The position numbers and the translations under genes are program-made. This document shows, one piece after another, positions 48,613 to 58,752 of a stretch of DNA of 64,000 nt. The notes under the pieces are model-generated. The model was not told the origin of the DNA. It did not search any database and worked only from the letters and a program-made list of their open reading frames with translations. Source of the stretch: Clostridia bacterium (GTDB taxonomy: Bacteria; Bacillota; Clostridia; Christensenellales; UBA1242); contig JAEDFV010000001.1 of NCBI GenBank assembly GCA_016297845.1, positions 80 through 64,079 of the forward strand. Reading direction: 5' to 3'. Each line of letters begins with the position of its first letter. Position 1 is the first letter of the stretch.

Positions 48613-51163
48613 CAATAAAAAATCACTAGAGGAAATGTTTAAAGACACAAAAGTTGTCAAAGTTGAAGTAAACGACGAACTCAAAAAGTCTTTCATTTCT
48701 TACGCTATGGCAGTCAACGTTTCACGTGCTATTCCAGACGTTAGAGACGGACTTAAACCAGTACACAGAAGAATTCTGTTCTCTATGGGAGAAATGGGGC
48801 TTTTCTCAGACAAACCATATAGAAAATGTGCTCGTATTGTTGGTGATTGTATGGGTAAATATCACCCACATGGTGACAGTTCTGTTTATGACGCACTTGT
48901 TCGCCTCGCTCAAGATTTTTCAATTGGTTGTCCACTTGTTGACGGTCACGGGAACTTTGGTTCAGTTGATGGAGATGGCGCTGCCGCAATGAGATACACC
49001 GAAGCAAGGTTATCAAAAATTGCAAATTTAATGTTGGAAGATATTGACAAAAACACAGTTGATTTTTATCCAAACTTCGATGACACCCTTATGCAACCTG
49101 TTGTGCTTCCATCAAAGTTTCCTAACCTTCTTGTTAATGGCGCAGATGGAATTGCTGTAGGTATGGCAACAAACATTCCTCCACATAACTTGGCGGAAGT
49201 TATAAGCGGGGTTCAAGCATTAATAAAAAATCCTGACATAGAAATTGATGAATTAATAAAAATAATTCCTGCTCCTGACTACCCAACTGGTGGAATTATC
49301 ATGGGACGCGCAGCAATCAAACATGCATATAAAACAGGACGTGGCGGAATTGTTGTTCGCGGTAAAGCAGAAATTGAAGAAACGGAAAACGGCCGACACA
49401 GAATTATAATAACTGAACTTCCATATCAAGTTAATAAGGCAAAATTGATTATTCAAATGGCTGACCTTGTAAAAAATAAAAAGATTGAAGGAATTTCAGA
49501 CATTAAAGAAGAATCTGACCGTGAAGGAATGAGAATTGTAGTTGATTTAAAACGTGATGCAAATGCACAAGTTGTTTTAAATATGTTATACAAACACACT
49601 CAACTTCAAACAAGTGGCGGAATAATTCTTCTTGCTCTTGTTGATGGAACACCTAAAATTTTAACATTAAAAGAAATGTTATATTACTATCTTGAACATC
49701 AAAAAGAAGTTCTGACAAGAAAAACACAGTTTGACCTTGGAAAGGCGCTTGAACGTCAACACATTGTTCAAGGACTTGTTATTGCTCTTGCAAATATAGA
49801 TGAAGTTGTTTCAATAATTAAAAACTCAGACGATAAACAAGATGCAATGCAAAAACTTATGGAAAACTTTGAACTTTCCGACAAACAAGCAAATGCAATC
49901 CTTGAAATGAAATTATCAAGACTTACAAGTTTAGAAGTTCACAAACTTAAAGATGAACTTGAAGAACTTGAAGCATTAATTGCAGATTTAAATGACATTT
50001 TGGCTAGACCTGAACGTGTTCTACAAATAATTTATGACAATCTTGAAGAAATCAAAACGCAATTTGGAACTCCACGTAAAACTCAAATAAGCATGGAAAT
50101 CGGCAACATAGATAATGAAGATTTAATTGAAAAAGAAGACGTTGTCATATCCTTGACTCATGGAGGTTATGTAAAAAGAATGAGTGTGAGCGAATATCAC
50201 TCCCAAAGACGAGGCGGAGTTGGAATTTCAGCACACAAAACAAAGGAAGAAGACTTCGTTGAAAAAATTGTTGTAACAAGCACACACAGCGATTTATTAT
50301 TCTTCACAAATTTTGGAAAGGTATATTCAATAAGAGCATATGAAGTTCCAGAAGCTCAAAGACAGGCAAAAGGACGCGCTATAATCAACCTTCTCCCACT
50401 CATGCAAGACGAGAAAGTTGAGGCAATGATTTCTTTTGAGAAAGGTCAAGAAGGAAACCTTGTTATATCCACTAGAAACGGCTTAATCAAAAAGACAGAC
50501 CTAAAAGAATTTGCAAATATAATGAAATCTGGGAAAATTGCAATAAAATTGGTCGAAGGTGACAAGCTTAATGGAGTTGGACTCACAACTGGGGAAAACG
50601 AAATCTTGATTGCATCTCACAATGGAAAATGTATAAGATTTAGTGAAAAAGATGTAAGGCCAATGGGCAGAACATCTCAAGGTGTTCGTTCAATGAAACT
50701 TGACTCAAATGATTACATCGTTGATATGGCAATAATTGAAAAAGATTCACAATTCATTACAATCACAGAAAACGGTTATGGAAAGAGAACAGTCGTTGAT
50801 GACTATCGTCTTCAATCCAGAGGCGGAAAAGGCATAAAGGCAGGAAATTTCAATGAAAAAACTGGAAAGCTTGTTGCTCTCAAAATAACAAATGACGATG
50901 AAGATTTAATGCTAATTTCCGACAACGGTGTTATCATAAGAATGGCATCATCTGACATAAGAATTATCGGAAGAAGTTCACTAGGTGTAAAAGTCATGAA
51001 ACTTCGTCCTGGGGCAAGAATAGTTAGTGTTGCAACAACAATCCACGAAGAAACTGACGAATCTGCTCTTGGAACTGAAGACATTAATAATGTTGAATTG
51101 ACTTCTGAAGAAATTGAATATGCAGAGCAAGAAAATATTTCTGAAGAAAATGAAACGGTTTAA
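48596..51163 (+). CDS. gyrA: DNA gyrase subunit A
   Basis: 855 aa. AIPDVRDGLKPVHRR and active-site region AAMRYTEARL. GyrA-box QRRGGVG in the C-terminal beta-pinwheel. Acidic tail. SD GAGAGGTGA. Confidence 0.95.
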   Translation: MMKENNNKKSLEEMFKDTKVVKVEVNDELKKSFISYAMAVNVSRAIPDVRDGLKPVHRRILFSMGEMGLFSDKPYRKCARIVGDCMGKYHPHGDSSVYDALVRLAQDFSIGCPLVDGHGNFGSVDGDGAAAMRYTEARLSKIANLMLEDIDKNTVDFYPNFDDTLMQPVVLPSKFPNLLVNGADGIAVGMATNIPPHNLAEVISGVQALIKNPDIEIDELIKIIPAPDYPTGGIIMGRAAIKHAYKTGRGGIVVRGKAEIEETENGRHRIIITELPYQVNKAKLIIQMADLVKNKKIEGISDIKEESDREGMRIVVDLKRDANAQVVLNMLYKHTQLQTSGGIILLALVDGTPKILTLKEMLYYYLEHQKEVLTRKTQFDLGKALERQHIVQGLVIALANIDEVVSIIKNSDDKQDAMQKLMENFELSDKQANAILEMKLSRLTSLEVHKLKDELEELEALIADLNDILARPERVLQIIYDNLEEIKTQFGTPRKTQISMEIGNIDNEDLIEKEDVVISLTHGGYVKRMSVSEYHSQRRGGVGISAHKTKEEDFVEKIVVTSTHSDLLFFTNFGKVYSIRAYEVPEAQRQAKGRAIINLLPLMQDEKVEAMISFEKGQEGNLVISTRNGLIKKTDLKEFANIMKSGKIAIKLVEGDKLNGVGLTTGENEILIASHNGKCIRFSEKDVRPMGRTSQGVRSMKLDSNDYIVDMAIIEKDSQFITITENGYGKRTVVDDYRLQSRGGKGIKAGNFNEKTGKLVALKITNDDEDLMLISDNGVIIRMASSDIRIIGRSSLGVKVMKLRPGARIVSVATTIHEETDESALGTEDINNVELTSEEIEYAEQENISEENETV

Positions 51164-51208
51164 TTTATAATTCTCTTCAAATACAAGTTTTAAAAGATTA
51201 AATTAAAA

Positions 51209-51238
51209 GAAAAAATACGCTTTACGGCGTATTTTTTT
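51209..51238. terminator. bidirectional terminator between convergent gyrA and cca
   Basis: A-run, stem ATACGC / GCGTAT (51215-51220 / 51227-51232), then a T7 run. Confidence 0.55.
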
Positions 51239-52484
51239 AAACTCTAACTTTTGCAATTTCAGCAATTAATTCGTCCTTTTCGTTTTTAATTGAACCATCA
51301 AAAACTCTACTTAAAAGTTCTGTTAAAATTGTTGCATAATATTTTTCTTTAATTTTAGGATAATTTGCTTTAATTTCTGCTCCACCTATCTTTAAATCCT
51401 TTAGTCTTATTGGAACTTTATTATTTATTAAATAGTGATAGAAGAAATTATATTTCATATACAAAAGCTTTGAACGATATCGAAGAATATCAGAAATAAC
51501 TTCAAAATCGTCAAAATATTTTATAAAGTATTCTTTATTTTCCATTCGTCCAAGTGCATCATTATATGCGAAAACAATTTTCTTATAATATTCAATTTTG
51601 TTCTCAGGGATTCCAAGACCATGTTTGCCCAGAATTTGATTAGTCAATTCTATCATATCAGTCTTATATCTGGCTGAAGTAAGAATATCAATGAGCAAAG
51701 CAATAAACCTGTTTTTAGGTTGAACGTTCTTAACTAAGTCATATTTAATTCTTAAAACAGGACTATGATAGTACTTCCAAAGTTTGAGCGAATTGAAAAC
51801 CTTTAATGCTTGCATAAAGGAATTTTTCTTACTTATCTTGTATTTTTGGTCAGAATTAAGAATTAAATTCAATTCTTCAATCTTGCGTGAACCAGAAATA
51901 TCATTTAAATTTTCGCGGAAACAATATGCTGAACGAAGCGTTACTGAATCAATTTTAAATCCAAGTTCGCTCGCCAATCGTATCATTCTCAAAATTCTAA
52001 GCCCATCGTTTTCAAAAACAAAATCAGGGTGTTCAATTGTTCGAATAATTTTCTTTTTTGCATCATTTATTCCATTATAAAAGTCGACAAATTCATCTTT
52101 TGAGATATTGTAATAAATTGCATTAACAGTGAAATCACGACGTTTTGCATCTTCCTTTATATCACTGACAAATTCCACTTTAAGCGGAACATGTTCACCT
52201 CCTTCAGCATATGTTTCACGTCTAAAAGTTGAATGTTCCCATTTTTCTTCTCCAAGTGAAATTGTTATAGTCCCAAGTTTTTTGGATTTTTCCTTAACTT
52301 CATATTTTGTTCCGAACAAAATTGTCTTTATTTCTTCTGGTGTAAGTTTACTTGCAAGGTCTATGTCTGTGTCATAAATTCCAAGAATCGAATTTCTTAC
52401 ATATCCACCAACTATAAATAAGTCACCTTTCTTCTTGAAAAGTTTTGCAAGTTTATATAAATTTGGTGTTATATGTTCTTTCAT
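51237..52484 (-). CDS. cca: CCA-adding tRNA nucleotidyltransferase
   Basis: 415 aa. Pol-beta nucleotidyltransferase head GGYVRNSILG..DTDIDL. RRDFTVNA motif. SD TAGGAGTG. Confidence 0.8.
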   Translation of the reverse strand: MKEHITPNLYKLAKLFKKKGDLFIVGGYVRNSILGIYDTDIDLASKLTPEEIKTILFGTKYEVKEKSKKLGTITISLGEEKWEHSTFRRETYAEGGEHVPLKVEFVSDIKEDAKRRDFTVNAIYYNISKDEFVDFYNGINDAKKKIIRTIEHPDFVFENDGLRILRMIRLASELGFKIDSVTLRSAYCFRENLNDISGSRKIEELNLILNSDQKYKISKKNSFMQALKVFNSLKLWKYYHSPVLRIKYDLVKNVQPKNRFIALLIDILTSARYKTDMIELTNQILGKHGLGIPENKIEYYKKIVFAYNDALGRMENKEYFIKYFDDFEVISDILRYRSKLLYMKYNFFYHYLINNKVPIRLKDLKIGGAEIKANYPKIKEKYYATILTELLSRVFDGSIKNEKDELIAEIAKVRV

Positions 52485-52493
52485 TCGACACTC

Positions 52494-54887
52494 CTATTTT
52501 TCAATTATTATATCTTTGTCACCAACAGCAAATTCAAGATCTTTTATTGAACCAACTGCCTTAAGGTCATAATCAACGGTTTTAACAAAATCATTATATC
52601 CAACAAGTTTTACTTTTTCTAATTCTTCTTTTAATGAAAGGTTATTTTCAGATTTGTATTGGCGAATTTTTGACACAATTTGAACTACATCATCGCCATC
52701 AGCAATAATCTCTTTGCCAACTTTTGCATCAATTTTACCGATTATACAAAGGTGAATGGATTTCTCATTTTCAAACTCTCTGAAATATGATTGATAAATT
52801 TCTTCGGTTATGTGTGGAAGATAAATCGCAAAAAGTTTAAGCATACCTAAAAGCACAGTATATGATGCGTATTTTGCACTGTCAGTAGCATCTTGACCGA
52901 AAATATCTGGATTATACAATCTTCTTTTTACTATTTCTATATAATTGTCACAGAAATTCCAGAAAAACTTTTCAAGTTCTCCCATTGCGAGTCCAATTTC
53001 ATATTTTTCAAAATAATCTTTGAATTTGTCAAACATGTCATTAAACTTGGCAATTATCCATTCGTCCATTGGTTTTAAATTAATTTCTTTTGGGCTATAT
53101 CCGTCTAACAGAGAAATTACAAACTTCGAAGCATTCCAAATTTTGTTAACCAATTTTGCGCCATTTTTAAATTCCTCTTCCGAGAAAATTATATCTCTCC
53201 CCAAACTGCCTGTCGCCGCCCAATAACGTGTTATATCTGCTGATTTTTCTTTCAACAAAACTTCAGGCGACATTTTTGAGTTAGATTTGCTCTTTGAAAT
53301 TTTTTCGTCCTTGTTCGCCATAACAAACCCAGAAACCATAACATTATTCCAAGGTAAACAATTTGAATGGAAATGTGATTTTGCAATAGTGTAAAAATCC
53401 CATGTACGAATAATATCATGTGCATTTGGTCGAAGTGACATTGGCATCATTTTTTCATAGAAATCATCATCTATTTTCCACTTGCAGTTTAACTGAGGAG
53501 TTATTGATGATGTTTGCCATGTGTCAAAAATGTCCGTTTCTGGCTTAAACTTTGTGCTTCCACATTTTGGACAAGCATGATTTGGTTTGTCAGTTAAAGG
53601 ATTAACTGGAAGCTGACTATCTTCTGGCAAAATAATCTCCCCGCATTCCTCACAATACCAAACAGGAATTGGCACACCAAAATATCTCTGACGAGAAATA
53701 CACCAATCACGGTCAACATTTTCAACCCAATTTGTGTATCTGCTTTTCATAAATTCTGGATACCACTTGATTTCATTTCCGCGTTTCAGGAATTCATCTT
53801 TATGTTCAACAAGTTTAATAAACCATTGTTTTTTGATGTTGATTTCCATAGGTGTTCCACACCTTTCATGAGTTGCAACAGCATGAACAATTGGTTCTTG
53901 TTTAATTAAAAGTCCCGCTTCTTTAAGGTCGTTTATTATCTCACTTCTTGCGACCTTTATTTTCATTCCCTCATATTTTCCTGCAAGCGCAGTCATTCTT
54001 CCGCCATCATCAATTGCGATTTTTCTTGGAAGATTATATTTTTCTTGCCAAAAGAGATCTGTCTCATCACCATAAGTGCAACACATGACAACACCAGTTC
54101 CTTTGTCAATTGATGCCTTTTCGTCAGTCATGATTTCCACTTCAAAGTTATAAAGTGGAACCATTACTTTTTTGCCAACATACTTCTTATATCTTTCATC
54201 ATCAGGATTTACGAATACACATACGCATGCACAAAGCATTTCTGGTCTTGTTGTTGCAATTTCAAGGAAGCCCGTTCCATCAACCAAATTAAATTTCAAA
54301 TGGTTGAAAGAACTTTCAATATCCTTGCTTTCAAGTTCTGCTTGCGCTATGGAAATTCTGCACTCTGGGCACCAAATAGCTGGCTTTTCTCCATAGTATG
54401 CTTCACCCGCTTTAACAAGGTCAATGAAAGATTTTTGTGAAATTTTTTGAACCTCTGGACTAACAGTTGAATAACAAAGTGAAAAATCTGCACTGTTTCC
54501 TGCTGAAATAAACAAATCTTTGAAATCTTGTTCATATTTTTCAGCAACTTGCATACATTTTTCTCTAAACTCTTCTCTTGTTACTTCATGCGCCTTTATT
54601 CCAAATTCCTTTTCTACTAAACGCTCGGTTGGCAAACCATTGTCATCAAAACCAAATGGATAGAATGTGTTAAACCCACTCATTCTCTTGAATCTAGCAA
54701 CAAAGTCTGCTTGCGAATATGAAAAAATATGTCCAATATGGATTTTCCCACTTACAGTTGGTGGTGGAGAGTCAATCGAAAACACTTCTCTATCTGACTT
54801 TGAGTCAAATTTATAAATACCTTCCTCTTGCCAAAATTTTTGCCATTTTGGCTCACTTTCTGAAAAATTATACTTGTTATCTAACAT
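52494..54887 (-). CDS. valS: valine--tRNA ligase (short type lacking the C-terminal coiled coil)
   Basis: PPPTVSGKIHIGH (HIGH motif). DIFDTWQTSS. KISKSKSNS (KMSKS variant). Start set at ATG 54887 with GAGGG SD, rather than the GTG at 54914. Confidence 0.8.
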   Translation of the reverse strand: MLDNKYNFSESEPKWQKFWQEEGIYKFDSKSDREVFSIDSPPPTVSGKIHIGHIFSYSQADFVARFKRMSGFNTFYPFGFDDNGLPTERLVEKEFGIKAHEVTREEFREKCMQVAEKYEQDFKDLFISAGNSADFSLCYSTVSPEVQKISQKSFIDLVKAGEAYYGEKPAIWCPECRISIAQAELESKDIESSFNHLKFNLVDGTGFLEIATTRPEMLCACVCVFVNPDDERYKKYVGKKVMVPLYNFEVEIMTDEKASIDKGTGVVMCCTYGDETDLFWQEKYNLPRKIAIDDGGRMTALAGKYEGMKIKVARSEIINDLKEAGLLIKQEPIVHAVATHERCGTPMEINIKKQWFIKLVEHKDEFLKRGNEIKWYPEFMKSRYTNWVENVDRDWCISRQRYFGVPIPVWYCEECGEIILPEDSQLPVNPLTDKPNHACPKCGSTKFKPETDIFDTWQTSSITPQLNCKWKIDDDFYEKMMPMSLRPNAHDIIRTWDFYTIAKSHFHSNCLPWNNVMVSGFVMANKDEKISKSKSNSKMSPEVLLKEKSADITRYWAATGSLGRDIIFSEEEFKNGAKLVNKIWNASKFVISLLDGYSPKEINLKPMDEWIIAKFNDMFDKFKDYFEKYEIGLAMGELEKFFWNFCDNYIEIVKRRLYNPDIFGQDATDSAKYASYTVLLGMLKLFAIYLPHITEEIYQSYFREFENEKSIHLCIIGKIDAKVGKEIIADGDDVVQIVSKIRQYKSENNLSLKEELEKVKLVGYNDFVKTVDYDLKAVGSIKDLEFAVGDKDIIIEK

Positions 54888-55027
54888 TTTAGCCCTCGTA
54901 AAAAATTTTTGCACAATTTATGCTTTTCTATTATACTTTTGATATTCTGTTTAGTCAAATGATTTATTAAATTTAGTTGAATTTATATTATGGATATGTT
55001 AAAATAATTCAAAACTTAGGAGAAGGA

Positions 55028-56200
55028 ATGGACAAAAAAAGATTAAACATAGGGCTCTTCATAGACACATGGTATCCGATGGTTGACGGAGTAATAACTG
55101 TTGTTGACAACTATGCAAAATTACTGTCAGCTATGGGACATAATGTGACAGTTTTTTGTCCTAATGTTGGCGTTTCTGAAGATAAGCGTGATTATAGAAT
55201 TGTGAAATGTAAGAGCATGAAACTTTTAGGATTGGACTATTCTCTTCCTCTTCCAAATTCAGACAAGAAATTCAAAAAAGAAATCAAAGAATCAAATCTT
55301 GATATAATTCACATTCATTCTCCTTTTTTTGTTGGCAAGATTGGTGCAAAGTTTGCAAAAAAGAATAAAATTCCTTTGTTGTCAACGTTCCATAGCCAAT
55401 TCAAAAAGGATTTCTATAAAGCAACCAAAAGCAGAATCTTAACTAAAATTTTACTTTCAAGCATAGTGAGAACATTTAATAAAAGTGATTTACTCCTAAC
55501 AATGAATTCTGCTTGTGCAAATTTGATTAAAGAATATGGTTATAGAGGCAACATACAGTTATTGCCAAACGGCACCAATTTGTCAGATAAATTGGACGTT
55601 ACAGATGAAATTGAAAACATAAAGCATAAATATAATTTAACAGATGAAAAAATTCTAATCAGTGTTGGCAGACTTGTTAAACTAAAAAACATAGATTTTA
55701 CTATTGATGTGTGCAAATTTTTGTTAGATAACAACTTTAAGTTCAAGTTGTTCATCATCGGAGATGGAGTTGACCGAAATATTTTCGAAAAAAAAGTGAA
55801 ATCTTTGGGATTGCAAAATAATGTTATATTTGCTGGAAAAATATATGACACAAAAACAAAATCTGCTTTTTTTAAAATTGCCGACTTACATATATTTCCA
55901 TCATATTATGACACAGATGGAATTGTAAAAATAGAGTCTGCCGCCTATAACACTCCAACAATCTTCACAAGCGGAAGTCTGGCAAGTTCTTCTTGCACAG
56001 ATAAGATTGACGGATATGTTGAAGATTGTGACGTGGAAAAATTTGGAAGAAAAATATTAGAAATTTTTTCAGACGAAAATAGTTTTGAAGATGTCCAAAA
56101 AAAATGCAAAGAAAATCTTTACATAACATGGGAAGAAATTATTTACAAATTAGAGACAATTTATTATAATTTAATAGAAAAGGAAGAAAAAAATGATTAA
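55028..56200 (+). CDS. GT4-family (GT-B) glycosyltransferase, possibly a glycolipid synthase
   Basis: N-terminus DTWYPMVDGVITVVDNYAKLL..GHNV. C-terminal Glycos_transf_1-like region (GRLVKLKNID, FPSYYDTDGIVKIESAA). AGGAG SD before ATG 55028. Confidence 0.75.
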   Translation: MDKKRLNIGLFIDTWYPMVDGVITVVDNYAKLLSAMGHNVTVFCPNVGVSEDKRDYRIVKCKSMKLLGLDYSLPLPNSDKKFKKEIKESNLDIIHIHSPFFVGKIGAKFAKKNKIPLLSTFHSQFKKDFYKATKSRILTKILLSSIVRTFNKSDLLLTMNSACANLIKEYGYRGNIQLLPNGTNLSDKLDVTDEIENIKHKYNLTDEKILISVGRLVKLKNIDFTIDVCKFLLDNNFKFKLFIIGDGVDRNIFEKKVKSLGLQNNVIFAGKIYDTKTKSAFFKIADLHIFPSYYDTDGIVKIESAAYNTPTIFTSGSLASSSCTDKIDGYVEDCDVEKFGRKILEIFSDENSFEDVQKKCKENLYITWEEIIYKLETIYYNLIEKEEKND

Positions 56201-57011
56201 TTTATTATTTGCAGGAAATAACAAAGTTTTTAATGGAATGATGATAACACTTTTATCAATTGTTAAACATACAAAATGCCCAATAAACGCATATTGTTTC
56301 ACAATGGATTTAACTGAAATTAATGAGAAATTTGTTCCAATAAGCAAAGAACAAGCAAAATATTTAGAGGAAATTCTAAAACAAACAAACAGTGAAAGCA
56401 AACTTACACTTTTTGACCTTTCAAAAATGTTTAAAAAGGAAATGATTGACAGTGTAAACATCGGGAGTCATTTTACTCCTTATTCAATGCTTCGTTTGTT
56501 TGCTGACGATGTCAAAGAAATTCCAGACAAAATTATTTATTTAGACACAGATACAATTATAAACAGCGACTTAAGCCAACTCTTTGATATTAACATAGAT
56601 GATTATGAACTCGGTTGCGTAAAAGATGCTTTTAATTGGGCGTCCCCATCTCGCTGGACAACAAAAGGCTATTTTAATGCCGGAGTTTTACTTATGAACA
56701 TGAAAAAAATTCGTGAAACAGGAATGTTAAAAAAAGCCAGACAACTTTGCCACGACAAAAAGATGTTATATATGGACCAAGATGCACTAAACAAAAGTGT
56801 GACTTATAAGAAAATGCTTCCATTGATATATAATTCAAAAGACAAATACTATCCTGAAATTGTAATACATCATTTTTGCAATGTAAGAAAAAATGGAAAT
56901 TGGTTCCATAGAATTAAACCTTGGGAAGTTGAACTTGTAAAATCAAAAATGAGTGCGTATGACGATATTTTAGATAACTATGTAGAAAGAAAGAAAACAG
57001 TTAATTTTTAA
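56193..57011 (+). CDS. GT8-family glycosyltransferase
   Basis: YLDTDTII (DxD motif), GYFNAGVLLMNMKKIRE and DQDALN motifs. Overlaps the upstream GT4 gene by 8 nt. Confidence 0.75.
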   Translation: MINLLFAGNNKVFNGMMITLLSIVKHTKCPINAYCFTMDLTEINEKFVPISKEQAKYLEEILKQTNSESKLTLFDLSKMFKKEMIDSVNIGSHFTPYSMLRLFADDVKEIPDKIIYLDTDTIINSDLSQLFDINIDDYELGCVKDAFNWASPSRWTTKGYFNAGVLLMNMKKIRETGMLKKARQLCHDKKMLYMDQDALNKSVTYKKMLPLIYNSKDKYYPEIVIHHFCNVRKNGNWFHRIKPWEVELVKSKMSAYDDILDNYVERKKTVNF

Positions 57012-57041
57012 AAAAAAACACATTATTGAATGTGTTTTTTT
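57011..57041. terminator. bidirectional terminator
   Basis: A-run, stem ACACATT / AATGTGT (57018-57024 / 57029-57035), then a T-run. Lies between convergent genes. Confidence 0.6.
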
Positions 57042-57879
57042 AAATTGATTCATCTATGATTTTTTTGCGTTTTTCTGCATATTCTTCTTCGCTTATTATT
57101 CCTTCCATCTTTAAAGCATTAAGTTTAGAAAGTTTTGTCTTTAAATCATTTTCATTATTGTTTTCCTTCTTTTCTTCAACAGTTGTCTCTTGACTTGTCT
57201 TTCCAGCAAGCGCGTTATATCGATTTAATCTCAGTTGTCTTTCTGCTTGCTCATTTTTGATTATTGCTATCGCTTCATCTGTAGCCAAATAGTCTGGTGT
57301 TTTAAAAATATATGAATATAGCAAATATACAACTTCTGTTATTAAAAGTAAAAAGTTTGACACAGCAAAAATAATAAGGGTTATATCCGTATTAAATATT
57401 GCAGTTAAAATAAGCAAAATTCCACTTGTAAACCAAAATGTAGCCAAAACAACATCTAACCATGCATTGTTTCTTTTCTCTTTAAAAGCCTTTATTCCAA
57501 TAATAATTTTCCATATCGCAAATGCTAAAACAAAAACGGATATAAAGTATCTAAGATCAAATGTTGAATTTCTCATAAAGAGATAAATCACACCTGTAAT
57601 TAAAATAAGAGCTGAAATACAGATATTAAAAATTCCATCTGCGCACAATGATTTTTTAACGGATTTATAGTCACGGAATACTTTTATTTGACTTATTCCA
57701 GTTGCTATTGCTGTCAATATAACTATAATTGATGTTCCAACAGCCATAACATTACTTACAGAAATTTTAGCCAAAATAGCAGTCATAATCATTGCTATTA
57801 CAGCAATTGACACGATAACACTTGTGACAACTATTCCTGTTTTTGTATCTCTTTTCAAAAATTTTAAGTCTTGTTCCAT
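57040..57879 (-). CDS. multi-pass membrane protein with C-terminal SHOCT domain
   Basis: About 6 hydrophobic helices. C-terminus LSKLNALKMEGIISEEEYAEKRKKII matches the SHOCT pattern. SD AGGAGGG. Confidence 0.6.
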   Translation of the reverse strand: MEQDLKFLKRDTKTGIVVTSVIVSIAVIAMIMTAILAKISVSNVMAVGTSIIVILTAIATGISQIKVFRDYKSVKKSLCADGIFNICISALILITGVIYLFMRNSTFDLRYFISVFVLAFAIWKIIIGIKAFKEKRNNAWLDVVLATFWFTSGILLILTAIFNTDITLIIFAVSNFLLLITEVVYLLYSYIFKTPDYLATDEAIAIIKNEQAERQLRLNRYNALAGKTSQETTVEEKKENNNENDLKTKLSKLNALKMEGIISEEEYAEKRKKIIDESI

Positions 57880-57887
57880 ATTCCCTC

Positions 57888-58673
57888 CTATCTTTTTCGT
57901 CCAATGAATTTAAGTATAGACCACAATAATTGTGCTGAAAATTTAAGAATGAATAAAGATGTTAAAATTATGTTTGCAACAAAGATTTTATAATTTAATT
58001 TTGACATTTTTTTGACAATCTTAAATTCTTCATCTGACAAAATCATCATAGCTTCGAGAATATTGAGTCCTTCGTTGTCAGCCTCCTTGATAACTTTTGC
58101 TGTGCTTAATGCAAGCGCCAAAATGACTATGAAAGCAAAAACTGCAACACAGCAAGCAACAATCGAAATAACCCCTAACTCACTGAAAACAAGTGCGTCA
58201 ACTAAAATTGAAACAAAAACTGCTGGGACAATAATTCCAATTGAAGATTGAAGCCAACCAACATTTGAAACACGTTTTACTCCCTTGTTCCCTTCAGCAT
58301 CAAGTTTTGCAAGCCCAACAACTCTTGTCACTGTAGCAAGCCCTAAAATTGCGCTGTTATTATATACATTTTTGCTTAAATAAATTTTCTTATATTTTGC
58401 GCTGTATCTGTTTCCGCGAAAGAAACTTGATATGAAACTGGATCTTTCAATCTCAACATTAACCAATCCAAGTTGGTCTAGCATTGTTCTTGTCAAATCC
58501 GCCCCAGAAACATTAATTTCTATTTTCTTTTTTCTTAAGCGAAGAAATGCTCTTCTTTCTTTGTGTTCAACAATTTTTGTCCAAAACAACACACCAATTA
58601 TTGCAAGAGCAATAACACCAATTACAATGAGTATTGCCAGCGTCAATGTTGTCATTCCTAAAAAACTTATCAT
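57888..58673 (-). CDS. Zn_peptidase_2 (YugP-like) family homologue lacking the HExxH motif
   Basis: Architecture and blocks (GADLTRTMLDQLGLVNVEIE, YLSKNVYNNSAILGLA) parallel the putative neutral zinc metallopeptidase family as I recall it. The expected HExxH position reads TRVVG. SD AAGGAG. Confidence 0.5.
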   Translation of the reverse strand: MISFLGMTTLTLAILIVIGVIALAIIGVLFWTKIVEHKERRAFLRLRKKKIEINVSGADLTRTMLDQLGLVNVEIERSSFISSFFRGNRYSAKYKKIYLSKNVYNNSAILGLATVTRVVGLAKLDAEGNKGVKRVSNVGWLQSSIGIIVPAVFVSILVDALVFSELGVISIVACCVAVFAFIVILALALSTAKVIKEADNEGLNILEAMMILSDEEFKIVKKMSKLNYKIFVANIILTSLFILKFSAQLLWSILKFIGRKR

Positions 58674-58752
58674 ATAAAACTCCTTTTATTTTGTATATGA
58701 TTTTATCATATCATAGTGAAAGGAATTTTCAAAATGTTTTTTATACCTTTAT

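Noticed and set aside
54888-55027. T-box riboswitch upstream of valS
   Set aside because: The spacer shared with the divergent GT4 gene is only about 140 nt. I see no T-box consensus (…GGTGGTACCGCG-like) and no specifier/antiterminator architecture.
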